64,000 nucleotides of DNA from an uncultured Bacteroidota bacterium (lineage in GTDB: Bacteria; Bacteroidota; Bacteroidia; AKYH767-A; 2013-40CM-41-45): positions 3,282 to 67,281 of the forward strand of contig CALMQM010000073.1 in the NCBI GenBank assembly GCA_937871435.1. Direction: 5' to 3'. How positions within the stretch are numbered: the stretch's first letter is position 1; the number at the start of each line of letters is the position of its first letter. The notes under the pieces were generated by a model. That model worked only from the letters and a program-made list of their open reading frames with translations. It was not told the DNA's origin and did no database searches. Position numbers and translations under genes: made by a program. Below, in pieces: positions 1 to 12,534 of this stretch.

Positions 1-595
1 TTATTGCCATTTCTTCAGACCGCCATTTATGAACCAGCTTTCTGGAAGTTGTATTCGTGATCCAACGGGTATTTAAATCAGGATGTTTAGGGGAAATGAA
101 TCCATCTCTGCTTTGTGCAAATTTCAAAATGACATATGGACGATGTTCAGCATGAAAACAAATAAATCTTCGGTTCAATTCGCGCGCTTCCTTCTCGCAA
201 ATTCCTGTTATAACATCTATCCCGTTTTTCTTCAACAGCTGAATACCTTCTCCATTTACCTGCGCGAATGGATCCTGATGTGCAATCACCACCTGGCGTA
301 TTTTTTTTTGAATGATCAGATCACAACAAGGTGGTGTCTTTCCATGGTGGGAACAAGGTTCAAGACTTACATACAATGTAGCATCGGATAAAATACTTTC
401 CGGATGTGATTTAAGTGCATCCGCAATGGCATTTACTTCTGCATGTGCTTCACCAAACCGATGATGATAACCTTCGCCGATGATCTTACCATTATGTACG
501 AGTAATGCTCCCACCATCGGATTGGGCGCAACTTTGCCCAGACCTAAAGAGGCGAGTTGCAAACAGCGTTGCATGAATTGTTGATGTGAAGACAT
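1..595 (-). CDS. ribD: Riboflavin biosynthesis protein RibD, N-terminal deaminase domain (partial; 3' end runs off the window)
   Basis: Minus-strand translation from the ATG at 595-593 gives MSSHQQFMQRCLQLASLGLGKVAPNPMVGALLVHNGKIIGEGYHHRFGEAHAEVNAI...LEPCSHHGKTPPCCDLI. This is the CMP/dCMP-type zinc deaminase signature (HAE ... PCxxC) typical of RibD. The ORF has no stop before position 1. Confidence 0.8.
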   Translation of the reverse strand, partial: MSSHQQFMQRCLQLASLGLGKVAPNPMVGALLVHNGKIIGEGYHHRFGEAHAEVNAIADALKSHPESILSDATLYVSLEPCSHHGKTPPCCDLIIQKKIRQVVIAHQDPFAQVNGEGIQLLKKNGIDVITGICEKEARELNRRFICFHAEHRPYVILKFAQSRDGFISPKHPDLNTRWITNTTSRKLVHKWRSEEMAI

Positions 596-674
596 TGATG
601 CGAAAGTATTAATTTGACTGATTCTTTCCCAGAGTGATGAGCAATTCAATTAGATCAGTATTTTTGAGCAATCC

Positions 675-1556
675 ATGAAAGTCAAAGAAATCATTGATAA
701 ATTCCGGGAAGACCTGGCGATGCATTATTCCGCTGAGGAACTGGAACAAATTATCTTCCTGGTCTTCGAATCAGAAATGAATTTTAAACGAACGGATCTG
801 GTACTCGAAGCAGATCGCAAATTGCATATTCATGAATCTCTTCGTTTCAATGAAATGCTTGGTTTGTTAATTCAACATACTCCAATTCAATATGTACTTG
901 GTCATGCATGGTTTGATGGAATGAAATTTAAAGTGAATAAAGATGTTCTGATACCCAGACAGGAAACCGAAGAACTTGTTCAATGGATAGAAACGTCCAT
1001 TGACAAAGATTCGTCGATAGCTTTTGGTAAATGTCTGGATATAGGCACCGGAAGCGGATGCATTGCCATAAGCCTGAAAAAACGATTGCCTCATCTGGCG
1101 GTATTGGCTTTGGATATTTCAGAGTCGGCTTTAAAAGTTGCTGGAGAAAACGCTAAGCATCTTGGAAAGACAATATCACTTTTCCAGGCTGATATTCTGA
1201 AATGGGAAAAATTCTCCCCGGATTCGTCTCTGGCTAAAGCAGAAGAGTTTGAAATAATTGTCAGCAATCCTCCCTATGTTTTGCAAGAAGAGAAAAAAAG
1301 AATGGAATCACGTGTAACAGATTTTGAACCGCATTCTGCTTTATTCGTACCGGATTCTGATCCATTGTTGTTCTACAAAAAGATAGCATCTTACGCCGTC
1401 CGTTCTTTAAAACCGGAAGGATATCTTTACTTTGAAATTAACGAAGCAAAGGGATCAGACATGATTCAATTACTCAGCGAAATGGGATTCGTGCAGGTTG
1501 AAATAAAAAATGATATGCAGAATAAACCGCGTATGATTCGCGGGCGTAAACCATAA
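675..1556 (+). CDS. prmC: Peptide chain release factor N5-glutamine methyltransferase (HemK/PrmC)
   Basis: 293 aa. SAM-binding G-x-G-x-G (LDIGTGSGCIAI) and the NPPY catalytic motif (IIVSNPPYV). Divergent from ribD. Confidence 0.85.
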   Translation: MKVKEIIDKFREDLAMHYSAEELEQIIFLVFESEMNFKRTDLVLEADRKLHIHESLRFNEMLGLLIQHTPIQYVLGHAWFDGMKFKVNKDVLIPRQETEELVQWIETSIDKDSSIAFGKCLDIGTGSGCIAISLKKRLPHLAVLALDISESALKVAGENAKHLGKTISLFQADILKWEKFSPDSSLAKAEEFEIIVSNPPYVLQEEKKRMESRVTDFEPHSALFVPDSDPLLFYKKIASYAVRSLKPEGYLYFEINEAKGSDMIQLLSEMGFVQVEIKNDMQNKPRMIRGRKP

Positions 1557-1566
1557 AGAAAGATAA

Positions 1567-3668
<2,102 letters not shown>

Positions 3669-3669
<1 letters not shown>

Positions 3670-4226
3670 TGAAATTAACCAAAAACATACGGGCAAAATT
3701 AGGCTTGCTCAAATTCAGGCGCGACATTCACAAAGTCAGGTTCAAAAGACAGGTTGTGAGTTTCGATGATGCTGTGAAAATTGGTCTGCTGTATGATGCC
3801 AGTGATGAAAGAGATTATGAAGTTGTAAGGGCACATGTTAAACACATCCGTACCAGCTTTAAAAAGGAAGTGTTAGCCCTGGGCTATGTAGATAAAAAAG
3901 TGTTGCCTCCATCACAATTTGCTCAGTTGGGGCTTGATTTTTTTACCAGAAAGGATCTTGATTTCAGGCTAATCCCAAAGGATCCGATTGTCTTGAATTT
4001 TATCAATGAAAAATTTGATATCCTTATTAATTACAATTCCGGTAAATGTTTTCCTTTGCAATACATTGCGGCGATGTCGCAAGCCAGATTCCGAATCGGT
4101 CGATATGATCAGCGCAATATGAATGCGTATGATATGATGGTCAAAATCACTGGAGATCCCCCAATCAAAACCGTCATCGAAGAAGTCCAGGTTTTTTTAC
4201 ACCAAATCAGAAGTCAGCAATCATGA
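3669..4226 (+). CDS. Hypothetical protein (conserved, function unknown)
   Basis: 185-aa ORF. Its GTG start overlaps the ligA stop, and its stop overlaps the dapA ATG (ATGA), so it is translationally coupled inside the ligA-dapA operon. No recognisable motif. Start codon uncertain. Confidence 0.5.
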
Positions 4227-5101
4227 ATATCAATAAACTTAAAGGCACTGGAGTAGCATTAGTTACACCTTTTCACAAAGATGGAAGTATTGATTTTAAG
4301 GGATTCAGGAAATTGATTGACCGTTGTATCGACGGCAAAGTAGAATACCTTGTTCCGCTTGGTACAACAGGAGAATCTGCGACACTTTCCAATGATGAAA
4401 AAAGAGCCGTGCTGGATTTCGTGATTGAAATCACTGACAAACGTGTTCCTGTTGTATTAGGTTTAGGTGGAAACAATACTCAGGAAATTTTGAATACTCT
4501 GGAAGAATGGGATTTCACGGGTGTTGATGCGATACTTTCTGTTTCACCTTATTACAACAGACCTTCTCAACGAGGGATTTATCAGCATTACAAAATAATT
4601 GCAAATTCAAGTCCTGTTCCGGTCATTCTTTACAATGTACCTACTCGCACAGGCAGTAACATGGATGCGGATACCACTTTATCACTTGCGCATGATGTAA
4701 AAAACATTATCGGGATAAAAGAAGCTTCAGGAAACCTTGAAAAAGCTATGAAGATCATTCAACAAAAACCGAAGGACTTTCTGGTTATCAGCGGAGATGA
4801 TACACTTTCGTTGCCGCTAATTGCATGTGGTGCTGATGGAGTAATTTCTGTGATTGCCAATGTATATTCAAAAGATTTTTCTGAGATGGTCAGAATGGGA
4901 TTGGAAGGAAATTTTGATAAAGCAAGAAAATTGCATTACAAACTGTTAGATATTACCCATGCCATTTATGTGGACGGAAATCCATCCGGAGTGAAAGGTT
5001 TATTATCTGTTTTGAATATTTGTTCAGAGCATGTGCGATTACCACTGATGAGTGTTGGGAAATCTACCACAAACAAATTTGAAACTCTCCTCAAAGGATA
5101 G
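4223..5101 (+). CDS. dapA: 4-hydroxy-tetrahydrodipicolinate synthase
   Basis: 292 aa. Carries the DapA/NAL-family motifs GTTGESATLS and the lysine-containing active-site region (YNVPTRTG). Confidence 0.9.
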   Translation: MNINKLKGTGVALVTPFHKDGSIDFKGFRKLIDRCIDGKVEYLVPLGTTGESATLSNDEKRAVLDFVIEITDKRVPVVLGLGGNNTQEILNTLEEWDFTGVDAILSVSPYYNRPSQRGIYQHYKIIANSSPVPVILYNVPTRTGSNMDADTTLSLAHDVKNIIGIKEASGNLEKAMKIIQQKPKDFLVISGDDTLSLPLIACGADGVISVIANVYSKDFSEMVRMGLEGNFDKARKLHYKLLDITHAIYVDGNPSGVKGLLSVLNICSEHVRLPLMSVGKSTTNKFETLLKG

Positions 5102-5169
5102 TGTTTTTGAAAATCCGGAAACAATTTTGACAGATTCTTGTTGTTTATGCAATCCTGAATAGAATATCA

Positions 5170-7548
5170 ATGAATTACCGGATTGCATTTTTGAATTTAC
5201 TTTTTCTGACCCTGAGTTTTTCATATGCTTCTGCTCAAACCGGAAGCATCAGGGGAGTAGTGGTTGATAAGATTAATAACGAAGCCATTCCGTTTACACC
5301 TGTAATTATTATGGGAACTTCCACCGGAGCTACCACCGGAGAAGATGGGGCATTTGAAATCAAAGGCATAAAACCCGGAGTATATAATATATCCGTTTCA
5401 GCTCTTGGTTACAAGAAATTCACTTTGTTTGATCTTGAAGTTAAAAATACCCGCGTAACACAAATAAAAATTGAGTTGGAACAGGAGTCCAGGGTTTTAA
5501 ATGAGATTGATATCAAGCCGGAGGGATTTGTGAAACCCGAAGAAGCTCCGGTATCATTGAATACTATCGGTGAAGTGGAGATCAAAAGAAATCCGGGTGC
5601 GAACAGAGATATCTCCAAAGCTCTGCAATCTCTCCCGGGTGTTGCGGCAACCGCGAGTTTTCGAAATGATCTGATCATTCGTGGTGGTTCATCTAATGAA
5701 AACCGTTTTTATCTGGATGGAATTGAAGTTCCTAACATCAATCATTTTTCTACTCAGGGAGCCACCGGAGGTCCTGTTGGAATGATCAATGTTGATTTTA
5801 TCAGGGAAGTAGATTTTTATTCAGGTTCATTTCCCGCAGCAAAAGGCAACGCACTCAGTTCCATTCTGGATTTTAAATTAAAAGACGGATATGACAAAAA
5901 CGTTGTCTATTCATTTACACTCGGAGCATCTGATCTGGCCGCTACTGTTGAAGGTCCGCTTTCACCCAAAACAAGTTTTATCGCTTCCTGGAGAAGAAGC
6001 TATCTGCAGTTTTTATTCAAAGCTCTTGGATTGCCATTTCTTCCTAACTATGATGATTTTCTCCTGAAAACAAAGATCAAAATTAATGGCAAGAATGAAA
6101 TTACCATTCTGGGTTTGGGTGCCATCGATAAATTCAAGCTCAATCTTGATCAGAAAGAAACAAAATTTCAGCAGTACCTCCTTGGAAATTTACCTGTGAA
6201 CACCCAGTGGAATTATACAGGGGGATTGGTGTACAAACATTATGGAAAAAACGGATATACAACCGTTGCCTTAAGCAGAAATGCATTGAATAACGAAGCT
6301 GTAAAATACAGAAATAACGATGCCTCTGATCCTTCTAACCTCATTCTTGATTATCGTTCAACAGAAGAAGAAAATAAACTAAGAGTGGAGCATACAAACA
6401 GATTCAGTGGCTTTAAACTGACTTATGGAATTGGTGGTGAACTGGCTCGTTATAGCAATTCTACTTTCAATCGTTTGCCATTTGTAGGTACGATAAAGTA
6501 TGCTTCGCAACTTGATCTGATTAAATATACCGCCTTTGCACAGCTGAGCAAGGATTTTTTTAATGATAAACTTTCTTTGTCTTTGGGATTAAGAGGAGAT
6601 GGCAGCGATTTCAATAAAGGTATGCGGAATCCACTGCAACAATTATCTCCAAGATTTTCTGCTTCCTATGCAATCACACAAAAGTTCAGATTGAATGCGA
6701 ACATTGGCAGGTATTACCAGCTTCCGTCTTATACAATTCTCGGATACAGAAATACAAACTCTGAATTGGTAAATAAACAGGTGTCTTATATTCGCTGTGA
6801 TCATCTGGTCGGAGGTGTGGAATACAGCACTCCCGGTTTATTACGCGTCACCGTGGAAGGCTTTGTGAAAAATTATTCTTCCTATCCTTTCGATCTGCGA
6901 GATTCAATCAGTATTGCCAATCAGGGAAGCGATTTTGGAGTGGTTGGAACAGTACCTGTAAGTTCAGAAAATCAGGGACGTTCTTATGGTGCGGAATTAT
7001 TGCTGCAGCAAAAAATGAACAGGAATTTTTATGGAATCCTGGCATATACATTTGTACACAGTGAATTTCAGGATTATAATGGTAAGTACATTGCTTCGAG
7101 CTGGGATTTCAGACATATTATTAGTCTCACCGTCGGGAAGTACTTTAAAAGGAACTGGGAACTTGGAGGAAGATTCAGATTCAACAGCGGTAGTCCGTAT
7201 ACTCCTTACAATGTTTCTGCATCCATGGAGAAATCAAATTTTGATATTACAGGACAGGGAATTCTGGATAAGCAAAGTCTGAATTCACTCCGGACCAAAG
7301 CATTTCATCAATTGGATGTCCGGGTCGATAAAAAATACTTTTTCAAAAAATGGAGCCTCAATCTTTACATGGATATCCAGAATATTTACAACAACAAAAC
7401 AATGCTTGCTCCTTATTTGAGTGTACAGCGTGATAACGATGGAAACCCTTTGACCAATCCGAATGCAAGCAATGAATATCTCCCGGATTTTATCCCGAAT
7501 GAATCCGGTTCAGTGATTCCTACAATCGGTTTTGTAGTGGAATTTTAA
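5170..7548 (+). CDS. TonB-dependent receptor with N-terminal carboxypeptidase-regulatory-like domain
   Basis: 792 aa. Signal peptide, CarboxypepD_reg-like beta-sandwich (GSIRGVVVDKINNEAIPFTPVII), a plug region (SKALQSLPGVAA...RGG) and a long beta-barrel ending in an aromatic residue (VVEF). Confidence 0.8.
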   Translation: MNYRIAFLNLLFLTLSFSYASAQTGSIRGVVVDKINNEAIPFTPVIIMGTSTGATTGEDGAFEIKGIKPGVYNISVSALGYKKFTLFDLEVKNTRVTQIKIELEQESRVLNEIDIKPEGFVKPEEAPVSLNTIGEVEIKRNPGANRDISKALQSLPGVAATASFRNDLIIRGGSSNENRFYLDGIEVPNINHFSTQGATGGPVGMINVDFIREVDFYSGSFPAAKGNALSSILDFKLKDGYDKNVVYSFTLGASDLAATVEGPLSPKTSFIASWRRSYLQFLFKALGLPFLPNYDDFLLKTKIKINGKNEITILGLGAIDKFKLNLDQKETKFQQYLLGNLPVNTQWNYTGGLVYKHYGKNGYTTVALSRNALNNEAVKYRNNDASDPSNLILDYRSTEEENKLRVEHTNRFSGFKLTYGIGGELARYSNSTFNRLPFVGTIKYASQLDLIKYTAFAQLSKDFFNDKLSLSLGLRGDGSDFNKGMRNPLQQLSPRFSASYAITQKFRLNANIGRYYQLPSYTILGYRNTNSELVNKQVSYIRCDHLVGGVEYSTPGLLRVTVEGFVKNYSSYPFDLRDSISIANQGSDFGVVGTVPVSSENQGRSYGAELLLQQKMNRNFYGILAYTFVHSEFQDYNGKYIASSWDFRHIISLTVGKYFKRNWELGGRFRFNSGSPYTPYNVSASMEKSNFDITGQGILDKQSLNSLRTKAFHQLDVRVDKKYFFKKWSLNLYMDIQNIYNNKTMLAPYLSVQRDNDGNPLTNPNASNEYLPDFIPNESGSVIPTIGFVVEF

Positions 7549-8429
7549 TACGTGACATACGGTATTAACCCACGGATTCCCATGTCTACAACTGTATCTG
7601 AGGGAGGCTCATAAATATTGTTTCCGTTTGCGTCGGTCCATTCGAAACTTTTATTGTTCGACAAAGAAACAGTCACTACGATATCGTGAGTTTCGCTGCC
7701 TGTGATGGTAAGAGGTCCATTGAGCTGACCTGTAACAACACAAGATCCTGCCGGTACAGGAGAGGTAGCATTAATCGGATTAGGAACTGTTGTGCCGGGA
7801 GCCTGTCCCTGAAACACTGTATCCGTTCCGAAAATATTCATTTCAAAAGCCCAATAGCCCTGTAGCCTATTCCCATTCACAATGACAGGATGATTCTTAG
7901 GCTGAAAAGTGGTGATATAAGAATTGAAGCCAATGAATGAAGCCAATGTGCCAGTGAAATCGAACCCGCTTGCACGAAGTGGCACATCGTAATTTTGATA
8001 GGCGAGAGACACTCTCAGCCAACGGTATGTTCCGGGATTGACATCTGAGATTGGAACACTGTAAAATGTTTCACCTTCATGGACAACTCTGCTTTGATTG
8101 AAGTCAATTGCAAGACTTCCACCGGCATTCGTTTCCGGAGCACGGTATAGAATTTCACCGGCGCCAAGAAGAGTCAGACTATCCTGAGCAAGTTCTATAT
8201 AATGCGAACTTATTGAATTGAAATGCGGAGACAATGCTCCATGTCCAGCGGGAACAGTTGTTGGTTGACCGAAGTTATTTAACCTTACCTGGGTGCTGTC
8301 AAAAGCGAATTTGAAAATCAATTGCGGACTTGCCGGAGCAGGGGTGTTTTCTTCTTCAGTTTTATCCTTACATGCGGAAAGAATGAGTGCTGAAACAAAA
8401 AATACGGTGGCAATTTTTACTAAGTTCAT
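7545..8429 (-). CDS. Hypothetical lipoprotein
   Basis: 294 aa. Lipoprotein signal peptide MNLVKIATVFFVSALILSAC. Its 3' end overlaps the TBDR by 4 nt in convergent orientation. Confidence 0.6.
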   Translation of the reverse strand: MNLVKIATVFFVSALILSACKDKTEEENTPAPASPQLIFKFAFDSTQVRLNNFGQPTTVPAGHGALSPHFNSISSHYIELAQDSLTLLGAGEILYRAPETNAGGSLAIDFNQSRVVHEGETFYSVPISDVNPGTYRWLRVSLAYQNYDVPLRASGFDFTGTLASFIGFNSYITTFQPKNHPVIVNGNRLQGYWAFEMNIFGTDTVFQGQAPGTTVPNPINATSPVPAGSCVVTGQLNGPLTITGSETHDIVVTVSLSNNKSFEWTDANGNNIYEPPSDTVVDMGIRGLIPYVTY

Positions 8430-8511
8430 GGGGCGAATTTTATTGAATCAATATTTGTTTGATTGTGGTTCGTACATTTATGCGCCTTCGAATCTACTAA
8501 ATTTATCTGTT

Positions 8512-8967
8512 ATGAATTTCATTCCTGTAGCGACAGTAGTGAGTCCACGAATTATTCCTGATGACGATTATTGGGGAAATATACTTTCCGAAATCGTTTT
8601 GGAACCACATATCCCGGATGATTCTCTTCTCGGGATTGAATCTCTTTCGCATCTGGAAATTATCTTTCACTTTAACGCATTACCTGAAGATAAAATTGTT
8701 GTAGGAGCGCGCCATCCGAGAGATAACAAAAACTGGCCACTCACCGGAATATTTGCACAACGTGGTGCCGGCAGACCGAATAGACTCGGTGCAACAATGG
8801 TTGAGTTGATTGAAGTCAGGAAAAGAAGCATCGTCGTAAAAGGGCTGGATGCTATTCATGGAACACCTGTAATAGATATTAAACCGGTTTGGAGGGAATT
8901 TTTTCCATCAACTGAAATAAGGCAGCCCGAATGGAGCCACGAACTGATGACTCATTATTGGCATTGA
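8512..8967 (+). CDS. tRNA (adenine37-N6)-methyltransferase TrmO/TsaA family protein
   Basis: The ORF track begins at a CTG at 8293 inside the neighbouring gene. The first ATG (8512) gives a 151-aa protein with TsaA/YaeB motifs (RPNRLGATMVELIEV...LDAIHGTPVIDIKPV). Confidence 0.7.
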   Translation: MNFIPVATVVSPRIIPDDDYWGNILSEIVLEPHIPDDSLLGIESLSHLEIIFHFNALPEDKIVVGARHPRDNKNWPLTGIFAQRGAGRPNRLGATMVELIEVRKRSIVVKGLDAIHGTPVIDIKPVWREFFPSTEIRQPEWSHELMTHYWH

Positions 8968-9061
8968 CAAAGGGAAAAATGGCAGATCTGCTTCCCGAAT
9001 TCACTTTGTCGACAGTTTTTATTCAGCCAATCTTTTAACTTTACATCTCAAATTTATCGCA

Positions 9062-10165
9062 ATGAAAAAAATCTACCTGTTTGTTTTAGGTACACTATTC
9101 AGTTTAGTTTCTACTGCACAAATTACGATCAGCTCGGCTGATTTACCCAGCGCCCTAGACACCTTTCGGGTGAGCAATGGTCAGGCTTTTACCGGTATGG
9201 ATATCAATCTGACCGGAGCCAATACTACATGGGATTTTTCTCAGCTCACTTCAACAGGGCAAACTGTGGATTCTTTTCTGACCGTTGGAAGTACAGCAAC
9301 TGTCTATTCCATTGTTTTCTTTGATAATATTATTAATCCAAATCGTGCGAATCAGGCGGTTCGTGGACCTTCGTTTAATTTTGGAACAACTATCAGTGTT
9401 TCGGATGTGTACAATTTTTATTACAATTCCTCTTCATTCTATAAGCAAGTAGGATTCGGCGCGGCGGTAAATTCAGTTACTATTCCTGTGTTATATTCGC
9501 CGCATGATATAGTGTATAATCTTCCCATGCATTTTGGTGATGTAGATTCGTCAGACAGTGGTTATGAACTGGATCTGACTTCTACAATTGGTATTTACTA
9601 CAAAGTCAATCGCACCCGCCACAATACAGTAGACGGATGGGGAAGTCTCACTACACCATTCGGAACATTTGATGCATTAAGAGTGCTTACTACCATAGGG
9701 GAAAGAGACAGTATCTATATTGATTCACTGGGATTTGGATTTAATACACCACTGGTTACTACAAAAGAATACAAATGGCTTGGTCTGGGACAGGGAATTC
9801 CCTTGTTGCAAATTAACACTACGAATAATGGAGTGGTTACACAGATCACTTACAAAGACTCTTTGCCTTCCATCATCAATACAGTTACACCAATTGTGAA
9901 AAATCCTATCTCTTCAATTTTCCCAAATCCCTGTGCCGGAAAAGCGGTTCTTCAATATGAATTGGAGCAATCTTCCTATGTCAGTATTGATGTATTGAAT
10001 GCAACCGGTGAATTGGTGCAACACGTATCAGAACAAAAAATGGAAGCAGGACATCATCTGTCATTATTGAATAATGAAAACGGTCAGTTAAGTCCGGGAG
10101 TGTATTCTGTTCGACTGATGATAGATGGAAAAGCAAGTCAGAAACAGCTCATAGTAGCTGATTGA
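9062..10165 (+). CDS. T9SS C-terminal sorting domain-containing secreted protein (function unknown)
   Basis: 367 aa. Signal peptide. C-terminal ~80 aa (FPNPCAGKAVLQYELEQSSYVSIDVLNATGELV...VYSVRLMIDGK) fits the Por-secretion tail pattern. Confidence 0.75.
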   Translation: MKKIYLFVLGTLFSLVSTAQITISSADLPSALDTFRVSNGQAFTGMDINLTGANTTWDFSQLTSTGQTVDSFLTVGSTATVYSIVFFDNIINPNRANQAVRGPSFNFGTTISVSDVYNFYYNSSSFYKQVGFGAAVNSVTIPVLYSPHDIVYNLPMHFGDVDSSDSGYELDLTSTIGIYYKVNRTRHNTVDGWGSLTTPFGTFDALRVLTTIGERDSIYIDSLGFGFNTPLVTTKEYKWLGLGQGIPLLQINTTNNGVVTQITYKDSLPSIINTVTPIVKNPISSIFPNPCAGKAVLQYELEQSSYVSIDVLNATGELVQHVSEQKMEAGHHLSLLNNENGQLSPGVYSVRLMIDGKASQKQLIVAD

Positions 10166-10170
10166 TTCGA

Positions 10171-10662
10171 TTACTTCAGTCCTTTTCTTAACACCACCAT
10201 TTTAATGGCAGTTGCTGCCGCTTCAATTCCTTTGTTTCCATGCTTCCCCCCGGCTCTTGCCAATGCCTGATCCATTGTATTGGGTGTCAGCAATCCGAAA
10301 ATAAACGGGATGGAAAATTTTATACCGAGATTCATCAATCCATCTGATACAGCACTACATATAAAATCAAAATGACGGGTTTCGCCCTGGATCACACAAC
10401 CCAGGCAAATTACTGCATCCGGCTTTTCTGACTCTGCGATCCATTGAGCACCCAGAGGTAACTCATAGCTTCCGGGGACATTAATTCGCAAGATATCTGC
10501 AGCCGAGCAACCTTGTTGAATCAGACAATCTCTTGCACCTGTAAATAAGGCTTCAGTAATTTCAGTGTTCCATTCTGATACAACGATGGCAATGCGCAAC
10601 CCTGCAGCAGAAGGCAGAGGAGTGGAACCGAAATCGTTGAGGTTTTTGTGGAGTGTAGACAT
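10171..10662 (-). CDS. ribH: 6,7-dimethyl-8-ribityllumazine synthase
   Basis: 163 aa. RIAIVVSEWNTEITEALFTGA and the downstream lumazine-synthase fold motifs. Confidence 0.9.
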   Translation of the reverse strand: MSTLHKNLNDFGSTPLPSAAGLRIAIVVSEWNTEITEALFTGARDCLIQQGCSAADILRINVPGSYELPLGAQWIAESEKPDAVICLGCVIQGETRHFDFICSAVSDGLMNLGIKFSIPFIFGLLTPNTMDQALARAGGKHGNKGIEAAATAIKMVVLRKGLK

Positions 10663-10708
10663 GGCCGTAAAAAAGAAAACCGAACTTTAAGTCCGGTTTT
10701 TTATCATT

Positions 10709-11389
10709 TTAATTTCCTGCCAGTGTGTTGGCCCGTGAAATGTATTTATCAATCTGAGCTCCTTCAGGTGAAGAAGGATAATCTTTCTTGAGACGTTCGT
10801 ATACTTCAGTAGCTTCTTTATAATTTCCTTTGCTTTCCAAAGCTGCAGCCCATTTCATCAGCATAATCGGAGTATCGAAATTATTCGGATTCTCTTTTGA
10901 TGCCTTTTCATAATAAGTGATTGCTTCATCCGTATTCTTTAATTCCATGTAAGCATCACCGATAGCTCCCAATACGATAGCACCCGTTACTTCGTCTTTC
11001 GCATCATAACTCTTCAACATGTCAATCGCCTTATCGTATTCTTTTTGTTTGATGTAGGCCATTCCCAGATAATACCGGGCAAGGTTTCCGGAAGGACTAA
11101 CGGAGTATTCATTCACGATATCTTCCAGTCCCATATGGTTGCCATCACCGTTGATTGCAAGTTTCAGGGAATCATTTTTAAAATTCTCTTCAGCACGGAA
11201 CAACTCTTTTTGTGCATCTGTTTCTTTTCCGGCTACATAGACTTTTTGGTAGAATAAATATCCACCTACAGCCAGAACAAGTGCTCCGATAATGATTCCT
11301 AGGCTTTTCTTGTTTTGATCAATGAAATGCTCCGTTTTACCCAATGCTTCGGTAACGATAAAGTCCTGATCCTGTGGTTTTTCTGCCAT
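10709..11389 (-). CDS. Tetratricopeptide-repeat membrane protein
   Basis: 226 aa. One transmembrane helix (LGIIIGALVLAVGGYLF) followed by TPR-like repeats (YYLGMAYIKQKEYDKAIDML...). Co-oriented just downstream of ribH, 46-bp gap. Confidence 0.7.
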   Translation of the reverse strand: MAEKPQDQDFIVTEALGKTEHFIDQNKKSLGIIIGALVLAVGGYLFYQKVYVAGKETDAQKELFRAEENFKNDSLKLAINGDGNHMGLEDIVNEYSVSPSGNLARYYLGMAYIKQKEYDKAIDMLKSYDAKDEVTGAIVLGAIGDAYMELKNTDEAITYYEKASKENPNNFDTPIMLMKWAAALESKGNYKEATEVYERLKKDYPSSPEGAQIDKYISRANTLAGN

Positions 11390-11536
11390 TTTTAGCGTAT
11401 TAATTTTTAAAAACAGGCTGCAAAAATAGTCTTTTTTCCCATATAATCAACCCATTTCAGCCTGAGTTTCAAAGGCTTTTTCAACATGGAAAGCCTAAGA
11501 AGAAAGATGTTATTTTTGCGCTCTAAAATAAAAAAC

Positions 11537-12001
11537 ATGAAAGTTCTATCTCTGATTTGTTCGGGTTTAATTGTGCTTGCATCCTGTTCTTCAGGTGGTT
11601 TAAAAGATGGAGGAGGCAAACAGTTTGGGTCTGCATTCGATACCAGCTCAGCTGTGAGCATGTCTGCTCTTGCATCCCAAATGGGTGATAAATCCAGTAT
11701 GGATTGCACCGTTAAAGGAACAATTTCCGAAGTCTGTCAGTCCGAGGGTTGCTGGTTTACTGTACAAAATGAAGGAGCGGAACCGGTAACAGTCAGAATG
11801 CGTGATCATGGATTTACTGTTCCAAAAAACATTGCTGGCAAAGTTGTATTCTTTAAAGGCACTGCGAAAACTGATACAACAAGTGTCGAGACCTTGCGTG
11901 ATTACGCGAAAGATGCCGATAAAAGTGAGGCTGAAATAGAAGCAATCCAGAGCCCGAAAGTAGAATTGGTTGTGGAAGCAGACGGAGTATTGTTGCAATG
12001 A
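11537..12001 (+). CDS. Lipoprotein, DUF4920-like
   Basis: The ORF track starts at 11486. The ATG at 11537 gives a lipoprotein signal MKVLSLICSGLIVLASCSS. Cys-containing core EVCQSEGCWF. Its stop overlaps the next gene's ATG (ATGA). Confidence 0.6.
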   Translation: MKVLSLICSGLIVLASCSSGGLKDGGGKQFGSAFDTSSAVSMSALASQMGDKSSMDCTVKGTISEVCQSEGCWFTVQNEGAEPVTVRMRDHGFTVPKNIAGKVVFFKGTAKTDTTSVETLRDYAKDADKSEAEIEAIQSPKVELVVEADGVLLQ

Positions 12002-12534
12002 TCAAAAAACAGATCATTTATTTCTTCCTTCTGTTGGTGTCACATCTGCCTGCTTTGAAATGTACCGCTCAGAGTGATGTGAGTGGATATCCTGTGCCGG
12101 TGATTGGTACAACTGCGTTCAATATTCAGGGAATTGATTCTTCAGGAAATAAGCGTGACTTATTTTCATTGAAAGAAAATACAATCTTCCTTTTCTTTTA
12201 TGAGACTTCATGTCATTTGTGTGAAGCTGTGTTGCCTGACCTCATTCAAAATTATGAACGTTGGAAAGCTTCAGGAATTGAGATTTATTCCGTTGCGATA
12301 AGCAATGATCATGATATATGGAAAGGGTTTTTAAGAGAGCACCCAACTCCATGGATAAATGTGATGGATACTGTGAATAAGGATACGATTGTATCCACCT
12401 TTAAAATTAATGTAAGCCCAACCATTTATGCATTAGACAAGAACAAACGAATTGCTTCTTCCAGAATGGTTCGCGCGGAAATGATTGAAGAATGGTTGAA
12501 GGAAAATTATAAAAGTACACCACAGCAAAAATGA
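11998..12534 (+). CDS. TlpA-like thiol-disulfide oxidoreductase (thioredoxin fold)
   Basis: 178 aa. Signal peptide, then a CxxC motif (YETSCHLCEA) in thioredoxin-like context. Start and stop overlap the flanking genes. Confidence 0.7.
   Translation: MIKKQIIYFFLLLVSHLPALKCTAQSDVSGYPVPVIGTTAFNIQGIDSSGNKRDLFSLKENTIFLFFYETSCHLCEAVLPDLIQNYERWKASGIEIYSVAISNDHDIWKGFLREHPTPWINVMDTVNKDTIVSTFKINVSPTIYALDKNKRIASSRMVRAEMIEEWLKENYKSTPQQK

Noticed and set aside
83-391. 102-aa plus-strand ORF at the window start
   Set aside because: It is entirely embedded in the opposite-strand ribD coding region, which has clear deaminase motifs. It has no features of a real gene.
7545-8429. Possible MbnP-like (copper-binding, TBDR-associated) identity for the 294-aa lipoprotein
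   Set aside because: It is convergent with the TBDR rather than co-transcribed, and I cannot recall diagnostic MbnP motifs well enough to support the call. It is left as a hypothetical lipoprotein.
8293-8511. N-terminal extension of the TrmO-like ORF starting at a CTG
   Set aside because: The extension overlaps the convergent lipoprotein gene on the other strand and begins at a rare CTG. The first ATG at 8512 gives a full-length TrmO-type protein.
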